Virus record (IMG/VR): IMGVR_UViG_3300020043_002749
Location: 1-53,963 of that record
Reading direction: 5' to 3' (one strand)
Length of the DNA: 53,963 nt
DNA from: a virus
Lineage: Duplodnaviria; Caudoviricetes
The notes below the pieces were generated by a model. That model worked only from the letters and a program-made list of their open reading frames with translations, was not told the origin of the DNA and made no database searches. Below, in pieces: positions 27,441 through 37,146 of the stretch (its first letter is position 1; every line of letters starts with the position of its first letter). The position numbers were made by a program, and so were the translations under genes.

Positions 27441-27700
27441 ACTCGGCTCTCTTCTTTGAAGGGTTCATCAACAAAGTCAATACCTTTGGTGACGAGAGCT
27501 TGAACCACCTTAACCCCCTTCTTCTTGACCAAAGCAGTCATCTGAGCAACCTCTAGGCGCTCCTCTTTGGTAAGAGATTGGGCATACTCTTCTGCTACAC
27601 CACGGCCCTGATCTTCGTACAGGTTGTGAAACATAACTGCACGGTTGTAGATACGGAGTGGACGGTGAGCAATGTCGTTGAACGTGTTAAATTTGTTCAT
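27437..27700 (-). CDS. Hypothetical protein
   Basis: Coupled ORF (FNDI...NRAV). Confidence 0.6.
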   Translation of the reverse strand: MNKFNTFNDIAHRPLRIYNRAVMFHNLYEDQGRGVAEEYAQSLTKEERLEVAQMTALVKKKGVKVVQALVTKGIDFVDEPFKEESRV

Positions 27701-28112
27701 CAGTTGATCCTTTTTTATTATCTCTAGCTTCTTTGGCTAGGTTGCGCTCTTCGGCGCTCTTCTTATTGTGGCAGTGGTAGCAAATAGCTTGTAGGTTTAC
27801 TTCTTCACAGTAGAGACCGTTAACAAAGTCGTCCCACCCAGTAAAACCAGTGGTGGGATCAACTACAGGATTAACGTGATCTACTAAAATATTCTTTCGT
27901 CGTTTTCCATCAATAACAATGGAGGCTGGAACATGTTGTTCACAGACGTTACAAAGATAAACACCTCTCCCTACACGAGATTTCTTTAGTGTTTCTGAGA
28001 TGGGCTTCCACCATCTAGAGGCCCTACGTAAATGTCCTTTTACGAAGGTGATAAACATCGCATCTGTCATCGTCCCTGATGCTCTGGTTCGTTCTTTAAG
28101 TTGCTTAGCCAA
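27687..28112 (-). CDS. HNH-type endonuclease (possibly a resolvase)
   Basis: CNVC, VDHVNPV and NLQAICYHCHNKKS motifs. Confidence 0.75.
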   Translation of the reverse strand: MAKQLKERTRASGTMTDAMFITFVKGHLRRASRWWKPISETLKKSRVGRGVYLCNVCEQHVPASIVIDGKRRKNILVDHVNPVVDPTTGFTGWDDFVNGLYCEEVNLQAICYHCHNKKSAEERNLAKEARDNKKGSTDEQI

Positions 28113-28446
28113 TGACGATCACACTTACTCCCCTCTTTTTAGCTAAATTCACCATATTGGCAGTGCCCTTTCCACCGGGAAAGGCTACAACGAGGTCAGG
28201 GTTCAGGGTTAGCATGTACGCGTTCCTAATCATACCAGCAGATTTTCCGTACAAATCCCACTTGGCGGGACAATAAGTCACATCAATTCCACGTGAGTTG
28301 GCCCAATCTCCAGCTAGGGTGTCAGCCCCACGTGCCCCACCGTGTACTAAGTTGGTGATTGTATTCTCCTCGTGTATATTATTTAAGGTCTCCTCCACTA
28401 GGTTTGCGTCATTGAAGTCCCTCCCACCACATACTAAAACTCTCAT
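28105..28446 (-). CDS. YspA/SLOG-family (DUF2493-like) protein
   Basis: VLVCGGRDF, HGGARGAD, AGMIRN and AFPGGKGT motifs. Confidence 0.85.
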   Translation of the reverse strand: MRVLVCGGRDFNDANLVEETLNNIHEENTITNLVHGGARGADTLAGDWANSRGIDVTYCPAKWDLYGKSAGMIRNAYMLTLNPDLVVAFPGGKGTANMVNLAKKRGVSVIVIG

Positions 28447-28634
28447 TACCAATCCCACCAAGACCTGTTTGACCGACGGTAGTGTGCCCTTTTGGAGTTT
28501 TCCGCTGCTACCATAAGAGCCACTAAGAGTGCTTCTTTCTTCATTTGCAGCTCCAACTTCTTCTTTTCAAGCACAAGCATCTCACGCTCAAATTCAGTCA
28601 TTGGTTTTAGCTTGTCTTTTGAGGGGGTCTCCAT
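28446..28634 (-). CDS. Hypothetical protein
   Basis: Coupled coiled-coil ORF. Confidence 0.45.
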   Translation of the reverse strand: METPSKDKLKPMTEFEREMLVLEKKKLELQMKKEALLVALMVAAENSKRAHYRRSNRSWWDW

Positions 28635-29491
28635 TGAACCTTTTCTCCTTTATCGTCAATTTCTCTAATCATCCACAACAAAGATGCCTGTTCTCTAAAC
28701 TTCTCCTTCCAGTCATCTCCCCAGAACTTTACATACACTTCTGCTACAAGTTCATAACACTCACGAATGGAGGTGGCGTCTTTAAGGAGATTGTAGGCAA
28801 ATGCTGGACCTCTCCCCTTAATGCCACCAATATTGTCTACAGCATCTCCTACAAGGAGCTGGTAATAGAAAAACTTCTGTCCTACGCCAAACACCTTCTT
28901 CTTATCTTTCATTTCCAACCACCCTAAATCATCGACGATGATAGGACCAACTGAAGCTTGCTTGCCACACTCCCAACTATAGTGGGCTCCGGGGCATTGT
29001 CTCACATCTTTATCTCTTGAGCAGATGATGGTTTGCTCACCGTTTTTATAAGCGGAGTATTGCATAATAACCATCGCGTCATCTGCCTCTAGGCCCTGTT
29101 CGTTAACATGAACATCATAGCTGGAGAGAACATAATGGAGGAGGTTGTAAAAGTGGAAGGGCTTAATGCTGGATCGTCCACCTTTGTAGTCTTTTTCTTT
29201 CGCAGCTTCGACACGAAAGTTCTCAACATACTCTTTAGGCTCTTCACCTTTGAGTTTCCTTTCTTTGTTTTTTGCTTTGTTCACACGTTTCGTATTTGTG
29301 ATGAACAATAGCGGGGGCTGTGTTGCCTGAACCTCATCACAGATTAGTTTAATCTTGGCGTCGAATAGGTCTTGACAAAACTCCCAAGAAGAGGGGACGA
29401 TGATTTTCTCCCCCTCCTCATTCAGTTCGCTTTTCTCTGATGAAAACCCCACTTCGTAGAGAAGCACATCAGCGTCAATGAGTGGTTTCAT
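28607..29491 (-). CDS. 5'-3' exonuclease (T7 gp6/RNase H-like)
   Basis: LIDAD, YKGGR, LEADD, SRDKD and GDAVDNIGG..GRG motifs. Confidence 0.88.
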   Translation of the reverse strand: MKPLIDADVLLYEVGFSSEKSELNEEGEKIIVPSSWEFCQDLFDAKIKLICDEVQATQPPLLFITNTKRVNKAKNKERKLKGEEPKEYVENFRVEAAKEKDYKGGRSSIKPFHFYNLLHYVLSSYDVHVNEQGLEADDAMVIMQYSAYKNGEQTIICSRDKDVRQCPGAHYSWECGKQASVGPIIVDDLGWLEMKDKKKVFGVGQKFFYYQLLVGDAVDNIGGIKGRGPAFAYNLLKDATSIRECYELVAEVYVKFWGDDWKEKFREQASLLWMIREIDDKGEKVQWRPPQKTS

Positions 29492-30144
29492 TGCTGAAGT
29501 CCCTTCCAAGCTGTGACAGTTAGAATGTTAATAGGTCCACCAACCTCCCCTTTATCAAACTCTGCTATGTACAAGATATTATTGAACCAAGCGTTAGTGT
29601 CTAGATTACACCGATGTTTCCCAACAAAAGGGACTTTCTGTGGAGTGTGACCGTGTACAACATACCTCCCGTAAACAGGGTAATCATCCCCAGCATTAAA
29701 ACGAACCCACTGAGTTGTGTCTGGATGCTGACGCTCTAGGGGTTGCTTTTCACTCACGGCAGCATGGACAAAAATACGGTGTTCATCCCAAACATAACGA
29801 GGAAGTTCACTGATCCATTTTTTGTAGGGTTCAAAATCATCCTCCCCTGCAAAAGACTTTAGAGTTTCCTTACCACCATTACTAAGCCACATGCTGTAGG
29901 CATGTGTACTATGAAAGGACTCCAACATCATATCTTCGTGATTACCACGTATAATTGTCCATTTCCACCCGTCTGGGGGTCCAAACATTAGACGATCCAT
30001 CACCCCCTTACTATCTTCTCCTCGGTCAATGTAATCTCCAGTGAAGATAATCTCTCCACTATTGTCTCTCGCCTCGATAACCTCCAATGCCCGATTAAGC
30101 AATTTGAGGTTACCGTGGATATCTGGAATAACAAATTGCTTCAT
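29488..30144 (-). CDS. Metallophosphoesterase (NinI-like Ser/Thr phosphatase family)
   Basis: DIHG, GDYIDRG, RGNHE, FVHA, VHGHTP and LDT motifs. Confidence 0.9.
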   Translation of the reverse strand: MKQFVIPDIHGNLKLLNRALEVIEARDNSGEIIFTGDYIDRGEDSKGVMDRLMFGPPDGWKWTIIRGNHEDMMLESFHSTHAYSMWLSNGGKETLKSFAGEDDFEPYKKWISELPRYVWDEHRIFVHAAVSEKQPLERQHPDTTQWVRFNAGDDYPVYGRYVVHGHTPQKVPFVGKHRCNLDTNAWFNNILYIAEFDKGEVGGPINILTVTAWKGLQQ

Positions 30145-30156
30145 GGGCCTACCTAG

Positions 30157-30867
30157 TTACCAGTTTTCGTCATCAGTGTCAGTGCCCTCATCCACTTCCT
30201 GAGAGGCTGCTACAGAGGCTTTAGCTTTCTGGGCTACCTTCTTACCCGAACCCCCCAACATAGCCTCTAGCGGGCTTCCCTCGAAGTCTACGGCGCTCTT
30301 CATAATATCTTGAATCCATTCCGGGAGATTGTCCCAACCTTCTTTAGTGGGTTCATAGAAATCGAAGACAAAACCGGGGTTCTTCAGGTCAGGTGCCTTG
30401 CTGGCCTCTTTAGGTCGCATGGATGACACAGATGCAATTTTCTCGTAGATACGATCAACACCGGGACGCTTATCAACTTCTTGAACAACCGTCACCATAC
30501 AGGGGGTGCCAATCAACTCGGCCCAATCACCATCCGCTTTGCTTTCCGGGTCAAGAGCATAATAACGTTTAGTGCTCTTAGCCAAATCTGCTTTCAACGA
30601 AAGGAAGGGAAGTTGTTCAGACAACCAACGAGGTTTGTCCTCAATGTCATTACCCTCTTCATCTTTCATAAACTCATCAAGCATTTCGTAGGTGAGACGG
30701 GCTTGAAGACGGGGGGCACGCTCTTCTCCTTTGTAGGGACGTTCCTTTTGTACGCCAAGCAGAACCACTTGTACAAGACGAGCTGGGTACGACCCTGCAT
30801 CAAGTGGGTCAGGACGCTTCTTATTGTCAGAAGCTGTGGACTTAATTTTCTTTGCGTTTAGGCTCAT
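30157..30867 (-). CDS. Putative single-stranded DNA-binding/replication protein
   Basis: YPARLVQVV.LG, LIGTPCMVTV and LPEWIQ motifs; acidic tail ending in an aromatic residue (DDENW); near the DNA polymerase. Confidence 0.65.
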   Translation of the reverse strand: MSLNAKKIKSTASDNKKRPDPLDAGSYPARLVQVVLLGVQKERPYKGEERAPRLQARLTYEMLDEFMKDEEGNDIEDKPRWLSEQLPFLSLKADLAKSTKRYYALDPESKADGDWAELIGTPCMVTVVQEVDKRPGVDRIYEKIASVSSMRPKEASKAPDLKNPGFVFDFYEPTKEGWDNLPEWIQDIMKSAVDFEGSPLEAMLGGSGKKVAQKAKASVAASQEVDEGTDTDDENW

Positions 30868-30876
30868 AGGTTTTCC

Positions 30877-31200
30877 TTATTTATTTGCGAATGCTTCAAG
30901 AGCGTCAAGGGTTGCTTGATTGAGATCGGATAGCATAACCTTATCCATAAGGCTTTTGGCCTCATCACGGATTTCTTTTTGCAGGGCATAGTACTCTTTG
31001 TACAACACTTCCTGTTTTGGGAACGAAAGAGTATAATGCCCGTACATATCCTTAACTACTTCGTACTGGTTAGTTGAGACTAACTCATCTAACTCTGCAT
31101 TGGTCAGACGGTAACTCTTATTTGCGTCTAATTTTCTGAGCTTGTCACTAGAAATTTGACTAATACGGTCTTTTAGGTATTTCTGTTGTGCTGGGGTCAT
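30877..31200 (-). CDS. Hypothetical protein
   Basis: Coupled to the polymerase stop codon. Confidence 0.55.
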   Translation of the reverse strand: MTPAQQKYLKDRISQISSDKLRKLDANKSYRLTNAELDELVSTNQYEVVKDMYGHYTLSFPKQEVLYKEYYALQKEIRDEAKSLMDKVMLSDLNQATLDALEAFANK

Positions 31201-33080
31201 CAATGAATTTCCGAATATCTGTTGCCATAGTGTGTATCAACGGCAAGGGTTACGTTTAGTTTTAGTTTAGCGTTTACAGCGTCAATAGCCTCTTGCTGTA
31301 GAGCTTTTAGTTTGTCAGCAAAACCTTTTTTGACCTCGCTGATAGACTCGTCATGGAATTGGGCCGTTAGTTGAGGACGACGTTTACGACACTCTCTAAT
31401 CCAACTGTCAAAACAATAAACACCAGTTCCTTGGTTCAGGGTGGAGAACCGATCTTTCTCATTACGAAGTGAATACCAGAATTTACTAACTGGGTTGAAC
31501 AGCCACATCTGACCATTCACTTTTTTCACTTTGCAATCTTCTGCCACTTTCTTGACAGACCAGTTACGTTCCCAATACTTCTCTAACATGCCCTTAGCTT
31601 TGGCGACAGTACACTTAAGTTCTCTAGCAAGCTTTACAGCACCAACACCATAAACGGAGCTATAATTGACAACCTTGTAAGATTTACGAAGACCAGTGAC
31701 CATTTTAATTACGGCGTTGATATTGTCGCCATTATCTGTCGCATCCTTGTAGGTTTTGAAGATGACAACATCCTCTTTATCCACAGCCCCCGCATTAATT
31801 GCAAGGTCAAGGTGGGGATCAAAGTTAGGGTCAGACATCTCGTTAACGTAATCTGGATCGTAGAAGTACATGTAGTGACGCTTAGTGGTGTCTTCCAAGC
31901 TAACCATGTCTGTGCCAACAAGCTCATAGCCGTCACGAGCAATCAGACAACCTCTGACCTCTTCGCCATAAGGCTTGTTAACTCCGGGGAGGTTGACAAT
32001 TTCAGTGTGCTTAAACCGAAGGGTGTTGGTAAATCCTTGCACCCTTGCCTTTAAGAACCCATCTGCATCAACGTTCTCTAGGAATCCTTTGAGGATACCA
32101 AGTCGGTGTTTAACAATGGATAGCCCCTCCAGTTCTTTAATCGCTGGCTCTTTCTCTGCAAGTTCAAGAACGCTAGGACAAATATCAGGGGAATTAGGAA
32201 GTTTAATCTGAGGGATTTTTCTCTCTGTGCCATCATCTTCCTTAATGAATTTGAATGTAATTGGTTCCCAACCTAATGAGAACAACCAATCTTTGATTTG
32301 TTCTGGACTATTTGGATTAGGTTCCTCTTCTTTCGTGATTATATATATAGGTATTGAATGAGTCTTTGTCAAGCCCTGTTCAAATAAATATTTTTGCCAT
32401 TTAGCCCCCTCTACAGACAGTGTGCCATCCTTCTTATAGGGTTTTGCTGGTGGGGCTTTTAATGTTTTCTTCTGCACCATTGGCATTACAGCTTTTAGTG
32501 CATCAAGTCTTGGGGCTTGTTCTTTCTCAAGCTTGTCATATGCAGCTTGACACCAAGGAATGTCCAGCTTCCAACGGCTTCGCTCTTGCTCTCTCGCGCA
32601 GTCCATCTTAAACATGAGGTAGTTAACGATTGGTAGATTTTCTACATCATCCGTCCCATACAAGAGGGCTAGATAAGTTTTCATCTTCTCCCAAAGAAGA
32701 ATATTGATACGAACGTCCTCTTGGCATCTGTGTACATACTCCTCTAATGTTTGGTTTTCCCAATCTTCGATCTTAGGTTTTTCAACCCCAAGTTCTCGTC
32801 CCCACCAGTCAAGTCCGTGCATCTTACGTTCTGGGTAGAGATACCATGATAAAGCTAGTGTGTCAATTACCTTAGCCTTAACTTTTGCTTTGAGGACACG
32901 CTCTAAGTTGGGGATGTCCCACAACACGATGTTGTGTCCCACTAATAGCGTTTGATTTTCCAACCAATCCTTCATGGAAAGTTGATTGGTGATTGAGGAA
33001 GGTGAATCCTCTGTTTGATACGAGAGGACGTGGAACTTGGTTGGGGTTAGGCTGTCCGCCTCGCAATCAAATACTGGCAA
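31200..33080 (-). CDS. DNA polymerase, family A, with 3'-5' exonuclease
   Basis: Exonuclease motifs FDCE, GHN...D and CQEDV; motif A DMVSLED, motif B RKSYKVVNYSSVYG, motif C QFHDE. Confidence 0.93.
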   Translation of the reverse strand: MPVFDCEADSLTPTKFHVLSYQTEDSPSSITNQLSMKDWLENQTLLVGHNIVLWDIPNLERVLKAKVKAKVIDTLALSWYLYPERKMHGLDWWGRELGVEKPKIEDWENQTLEEYVHRCQEDVRINILLWEKMKTYLALLYGTDDVENLPIVNYLMFKMDCAREQERSRWKLDIPWCQAAYDKLEKEQAPRLDALKAVMPMVQKKTLKAPPAKPYKKDGTLSVEGAKWQKYLFEQGLTKTHSIPIYIITKEEEPNPNSPEQIKDWLFSLGWEPITFKFIKEDDGTERKIPQIKLPNSPDICPSVLELAEKEPAIKELEGLSIVKHRLGILKGFLENVDADGFLKARVQGFTNTLRFKHTEIVNLPGVNKPYGEEVRGCLIARDGYELVGTDMVSLEDTTKRHYMYFYDPDYVNEMSDPNFDPHLDLAINAGAVDKEDVVIFKTYKDATDNGDNINAVIKMVTGLRKSYKVVNYSSVYGVGAVKLARELKCTVAKAKGMLEKYWERNWSVKKVAEDCKVKKVNGQMWLFNPVSKFWYSLRNEKDRFSTLNQGTGVYCFDSWIRECRKRRPQLTAQFHDESISEVKKGFADKLKALQQEAIDAVNAKLKLNVTLAVDTHYGNRYSEIH

Positions 33081-33100
33081 TTATTTTTCCTTTCTGACTT

Positions 33101-33280
33101 TTACCAATCCACCCAATCGGGCCAGAAAATCTCTTCCCCGTTTTTTAAGTAGAAAGGCTCTGATCCGTTAATATCTTTTGTGGATATCTCACCATCAGGG
33201 GTCCAGACCAGACAACTTCCATCAGGAAGGTCGTCTACAAATAGACAGATTGTCTTATTCCCATCACTCGTCGATCTCAT
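33101..33280 (-). CDS. Hypothetical protein, 59 aa (MRSTSDGNK...), not in the ORF track
   Basis: Translated by hand; GGAGG RBS upstream. Confidence 0.5.
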   Translation of the reverse strand: MRSTSDGNKTICLFVDDLPDGSCLVWTPDGEISTKDINGSEPFYLKNGEEIFWPDWVDW

Positions 33281-33369
33281 CTTACTTTGACCTCCCCACC
33301 CTTAGTAAGAAAAATCATTTGTGGGCGTAGTAGGTGTTTTCGTTCATACCAGTCAACTGAATCACTCAT

Positions 33370-33558
33370 TTATACCTTCTCCCTCATAAGTTGGTAAACA
33401 TCAACCTCTCGTGCGATCTCTAAGATTGTCAGGTCGTCATAACTTCTGTGGAAACGGTCTGAATTTACACTAATCCAATTTTTTACTTCATCCAAAGATG
33501 TAAAATACTCATGGTCTTCTCCTTCGTAGGGGACGTACCAACTAACTCGGTAGCTCAT
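33370..33558 (-). CDS. Hypothetical protein
   Basis: TAATG-coupled ORF. Confidence 0.5.
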   Translation of the reverse strand: MSYRVSWYVPYEGEDHEYFTSLDEVKNWISVNSDRFHRSYDDLTILEIAREVDVYQLMREKV

Positions 33559-33761
33559 TAAAAGTTCTCCGGGCAATGGCAGACAATTTTACCATCTTCG
33601 TACACAATCTCGGTAGCAAATAGGGGCCAACTCGGGCCATCAACCACTTCTAATTTAAAATAAGGGTGATCAAGATCAGTCCACATCTCAGCAGAAATCA
33701 ACTCGTACTCCGTATCTGGATAGTACCCATGACGGTAAGTAATTGGGAAAGTCTTCATCAT
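33558..33761 (-). CDS. Hypothetical protein
   Basis: ORF with RBS in a small-gene run. Confidence 0.5.
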   Translation of the reverse strand: MMKTFPITYRHGYYPDTEYELISAEMWTDLDHPYFKLEVVDGPSWPLFATEIVYEDGKIVCHCPENF

Positions 33762-33771
33762 ACTATCCCCT

Positions 33772-33939
33772 TTAATTTTCTGTGAAAACTAGGTTAAGTT
33801 CCACAAAATTCTCTCCGCCACCTAAACGGGTGCAGTCTATCTCCGTAATATCAGGCCAATTCCCCATGTGATACGTGACCAAGCACGCATCAGGGGGCAT
33901 GGTGAGAAGGATATCAATTAAGTCCTTAACAGTCTTCAT
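33772..33939 (-). CDS. Hypothetical protein (MKTVKDLI..L...P.D type)
   Basis: Common small phage protein N-terminus. Confidence 0.5.
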   Translation of the reverse strand: MKTVKDLIDILLTMPPDACLVTYHMGNWPDITEIDCTRLGGGENFVELNLVFTEN

Positions 33940-33940
33940 T

Positions 33941-34300
33941 TTACACCTTAACCTTACCAACTTTTTCTAGACGATCTACAACGGAAGCTTCGTAGAAAGA
34001 GATACCGAGTTTGGCTGCTAATTTTACCAAACGTTTTTGGTCTCTCTCTAAAGACTTCTCTGCTTCTGTTTTCTCTCGTAGACCGTTGATTTCAATTTCT
34101 ACACATCCGGGGTATTCTTCATAGGGTGCAATAGTAGAATTAAACGTCACCCAAATATCCTTATATCCACTACTTTTGGCATCTTCAAACTTGTCTGAGA
34201 TTTCATGGAATAGAACACTTAATTTTGTTTGGTCATACCTCTCATAGTTATCCACCACAATTGGTAGGCCTATCTGCTCTTCTACTAGATTGTCTTTCAT
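33941..34300 (-). CDS. Hypothetical protein
   Basis: 119-aa ORF in the operon. Confidence 0.55.
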   Translation of the reverse strand: MKDNLVEEQIGLPIVVDNYERYDQTKLSVLFHEISDKFEDAKSSGYKDIWVTFNSTIAPYEEYPGCVEIEINGLREKTEAEKSLERDQKRLVKLAAKLGISFYEASVVDRLEKVGKVKV

Positions 34301-34304
34301 TTCA

Positions 34305-34535
34305 CTATCCTGCGTTAAAAGAGGCTAAAATAACACCGCTGATTGCCCGATCCGTGGCTCCGAGGTACTGCACGGTTAAGTTTTTGGGGGCGTCCCAGTC
34401 AACACCTGTTCCGTCATACCTACTGTGGCAAGGGTGAATGTTACGAGCTTGCTCTTCTGTCTCAGCAGCTACCACAGCCGAATCGTATTCGTCGTAACCA
34501 ATTCTATCCTTGCGAGAAATCTTCCACAGTTTCAT
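34305..34535 (-). CDS. Conserved phage hypothetical protein
   Basis: YDEYDSAVVAAETEEQAR.IHP...VILASFNAG is a recurrent phage motif. Confidence 0.65.
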   Translation of the reverse strand: MKLWKISRKDRIGYDEYDSAVVAAETEEQARNIHPCHSRYDGTGVDWDAPKNLTVQYLGATDRAISGVILASFNAG

Positions 34536-34699
34536 TTTAAGCTGTCCCACCAATCTGTGTCATAATTTGCTTTGATGAACTCATATAGCTCTCTCACTGT
34601 AGGCTCGTCTAGGTCTACAATGTCCACGCTATTGTATTCTGGGTCTTTTTCTGTAACTACCAAAATTTCGTTAGCTGTTTTGTACCAACTGACTGTCAT
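34532..34699 (-). CDS. Hypothetical protein
   Basis: ATG 34699 with AGGAG RBS, overlapping the sigma gene end. Confidence 0.5.
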   Translation of the reverse strand: MTVSWYKTANEILVVTEKDPEYNSVDIVDLDEPTVRELYEFIKANYDTDWWDSLK

Positions 34700-35144
34700 T
34701 GTAACCACTCCTAAATCTTTGCACAATCTTTCGTGCATTACCAATATTAACACCTGTGAGGCTTGAGGTCTCTTCTAACGAGTAACCAAGGACTAAGTGA
34801 GACAATAGCACCTTACGATGCAACTTATTATCCACTTCCATAAGGATGTCTCGTAGCTCAGTGTCTTCGTAATAAGCGAAATCCTCTGAGTCTAGGTAAT
34901 CCACAATGTCTACTGTGAAAGGAGTACGCTTCAAAGATCGTTTATAATTCCACATCACTGAAAACAGGATGGAGTTAAACCAGCTTTTTAGCGCACCCTT
35001 GTTGCGGTCATACTGAGGAAACTTGTCCAGAGCTTTTGTAAAAGCTTCCTGAACCAGATCTTCTGCAATGTCATAGGTTCCAACATAGCGGTAGATTTTG
35101 TAGATGAAACCCTTTCGGTCTTTGTATAGATTTTCTAAGGTCAT
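34671..35144 (-). CDS. ECF-like RNA polymerase sigma factor
   Basis: Region 2 AEDLVQEAF...KSW; region 4 HTH GYSLEETSSLTGVNIGNAR. Confidence 0.85.
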   Translation of the reverse strand: MTLENLYKDRKGFIYKIYRYVGTYDIAEDLVQEAFTKALDKFPQYDRNKGALKSWFNSILFSVMWNYKRSLKRTPFTVDIVDYLDSEDFAYYEDTELRDILMEVDNKLHRKVLLSHLVLGYSLEETSSLTGVNIGNARKIVQRFRSGYNDSQLVQNS

Positions 35145-36844
35145 ACCTCTACAAACCTTCCTGTTTGTTTGTTATAGAACAACTGGTATTTACCAGAACT
35201 ACCCCACATACGATCTTCAAGAACACGGATTTCTCGTGTATTTCTAATTTCCTCTGGCAGGTCTGGGTCTTTATTACCAAGCAAGGCCAACATTAAATGG
35301 GCTGAACGCTGCATAGCACGAGAACCAGCAAACTGAGCAGAATACACCGACCCACCCATCTCGTGAGAACAATTCCCCAAATCGACATATTGTTCTTTCT
35401 TGTAGTAACTTTGTCGTTTATCCTCTGCGATCTGACCCTCTGGTGCCTTAAGGTGACAGAAGATGAAAGCAGTGAATTGCATGTCTTGTGCCATAGCTGA
35501 AAGCTCTTGCGAAAAAGCTTGTAGCAATGTATTAGCCTCACCAGAGTTGACACCATTAGACAACGAAGTGATAGGGTCAATAAAAACAGCCTTAGACCCT
35601 TGTTCAGCAGCTTCGGTGATATCCTTCTTTAAGGTCTCCCAGCCCAAATATTGATAAAGATTAAGCATGAATAACTTATCTCGCATGATGCTACCTGCAT
35701 GTTCGTAAGCATCTGCGTCAAATTTAATCTCTGGGTCATGGAAGATTTTACCTGTAAGTTGGTTAGCCAAGAGTTTGTAGGTAACGTCATTCGGTTCCTC
35801 TGGACATGCCATAAACACTTTTGCACCATGAGCAGCCATAAAGTGTGCTCCCAAAGCATTTTTCATGGTGGTCTTGCCCATTTTAGTTGCTGCACCAAGA
35901 TAGATAGTTTCCCCAAGACGAATGCCACGAAGGTCTTTGTTCATACGTTCCCAAGGCCAAGACAATTCACCAAACTTAGCAGGCTCCTTGGCCTTTTCAT
36001 GGATGTCAGCAGCCGTAACGATACGAGTGTTCTTAGGGGCCTCTGCATGGTAGGCTAGGGCATTGTACGCAGCCTTGGCCTTCCCCTCTAGGAGGGCTTG
36101 GTTGGCGTCCTTAGTGGGCAGTTTTACGGCCTTGGCAGAGGGAATGGCAAGCATCCCCTTTTCTACAGCAATCTTACCTGCTGCATCATCATCAAAACAA
36201 AAAATCACTTCCTTGAAAAGGCGACGAATATCCTCTGCATGTTTAGTCAAGGTCTTTTTGGCGGATGCGCTACCATGAGGTAAAGATACAACAGCGGGAG
36301 TGTAATTGACATCCCCATACATTTCATAAAGACGGTCCACCGATGCCATATCTTCTGGACCTTCGGTGACGATAAGACGATAAGCCCCGCTAACCTTAGC
36401 ATTTTCCCAGTTAAGGAGATCACAATCTCGTGTATCACCAATGTTGAATGGTGGGCAAGATTTATCCAAAATCTTTACGTGATATCCAGACAACTTGCCA
36501 GCTTTAGTGACGGGCCAGTAAATAGCAGATGGAGTTTTACCATCTGTCTCCGACACAGCTACCTTAGCCTGAAATTTGGCGAGAGTGCCAGCACGAAGTT
36601 TACGTGTAGGAATGTCTAAGGTTTGATATCCATCAACCTCTGCAATCTCTGCTGCAATATCGGCAGCAGATTTTTCTTTTCTTTTTGGTAGGTCATCTAC
36701 CGTTCTTCCGTCTCCATAAGGGTCTTTGACGGGAATGTGGCAGGCAAAGCAAAATGCGTCAACTGTCCCATCTTCTTGTGCAAAGACCTTTAAGGCCTTT
36801 TTTGTACCGCAACTGTGCGGCAGTTCATCAATCTGGATTCCCAT
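35141..36844 (-). CDS. Primase-helicase (T7 gp4-like)
   Basis: N-terminal Zn site (HSC...CFAC), TOPRIM (VTEG.ED, FDDD, KDAN), Walker A AATKMGKT, FIDP and GSRAM motifs. Confidence 0.92.
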   Translation of the reverse strand: MGIQIDELPHSCGTKKALKVFAQEDGTVDAFCFACHIPVKDPYGDGRTVDDLPKRKEKSAADIAAEIAEVDGYQTLDIPTRKLRAGTLAKFQAKVAVSETDGKTPSAIYWPVTKAGKLSGYHVKILDKSCPPFNIGDTRDCDLLNWENAKVSGAYRLIVTEGPEDMASVDRLYEMYGDVNYTPAVVSLPHGSASAKKTLTKHAEDIRRLFKEVIFCFDDDAAGKIAVEKGMLAIPSAKAVKLPTKDANQALLEGKAKAAYNALAYHAEAPKNTRIVTAADIHEKAKEPAKFGELSWPWERMNKDLRGIRLGETIYLGAATKMGKTTMKNALGAHFMAAHGAKVFMACPEEPNDVTYKLLANQLTGKIFHDPEIKFDADAYEHAGSIMRDKLFMLNLYQYLGWETLKKDITEAAEQGSKAVFIDPITSLSNGVNSGEANTLLQAFSQELSAMAQDMQFTAFIFCHLKAPEGQIAEDKRQSYYKKEQYVDLGNCSHEMGGSVYSAQFAGSRAMQRSAHLMLALLGNKDPDLPEEIRNTREIRVLEDRMWGSSGKYQLFYNKQTGRFVEV

Positions 36845-36852
36845 CTCACTCC

Positions 36853-37146
36853 TTACATATAATCCTCAATATTACCTAGGTTAAGTGGACCTAGTTCACT
36901 TTCCCTTACGCAAGTTTCTTCATAAACTTCGTCTTCAACAACAGATTCAATATCAAAATCTACGTGAAAAACTGTGTACGGGTACATCGCTTGCGTGAGA
37001 GGGTTAACAGAATGAACCCTTACCACATCTCCGGGCTTAAACTGATCTATAAAATCTTCTGATCCTTTTGTTGCGACACTTCCGTCGGCATGTTTACACC
37101 CAAGGAACTGTAAAATTTGCCCTTTTTGCCATCTACGATCAATCAT
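36853..37146 (-). CDS. Small KOW/SH3-like protein with C-terminal IEDYM tag
   Basis: FKPGDVVRV motif; ends NIEDYM*. Confidence 0.65.
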   Translation of the reverse strand: MIDRRWQKGQILQFLGCKHADGSVATKGSEDFIDQFKPGDVVRVHSVNPLTQAMYPYTVFHVDFDIESVVEDEVYEETCVRESELGPLNLGNIEDYM

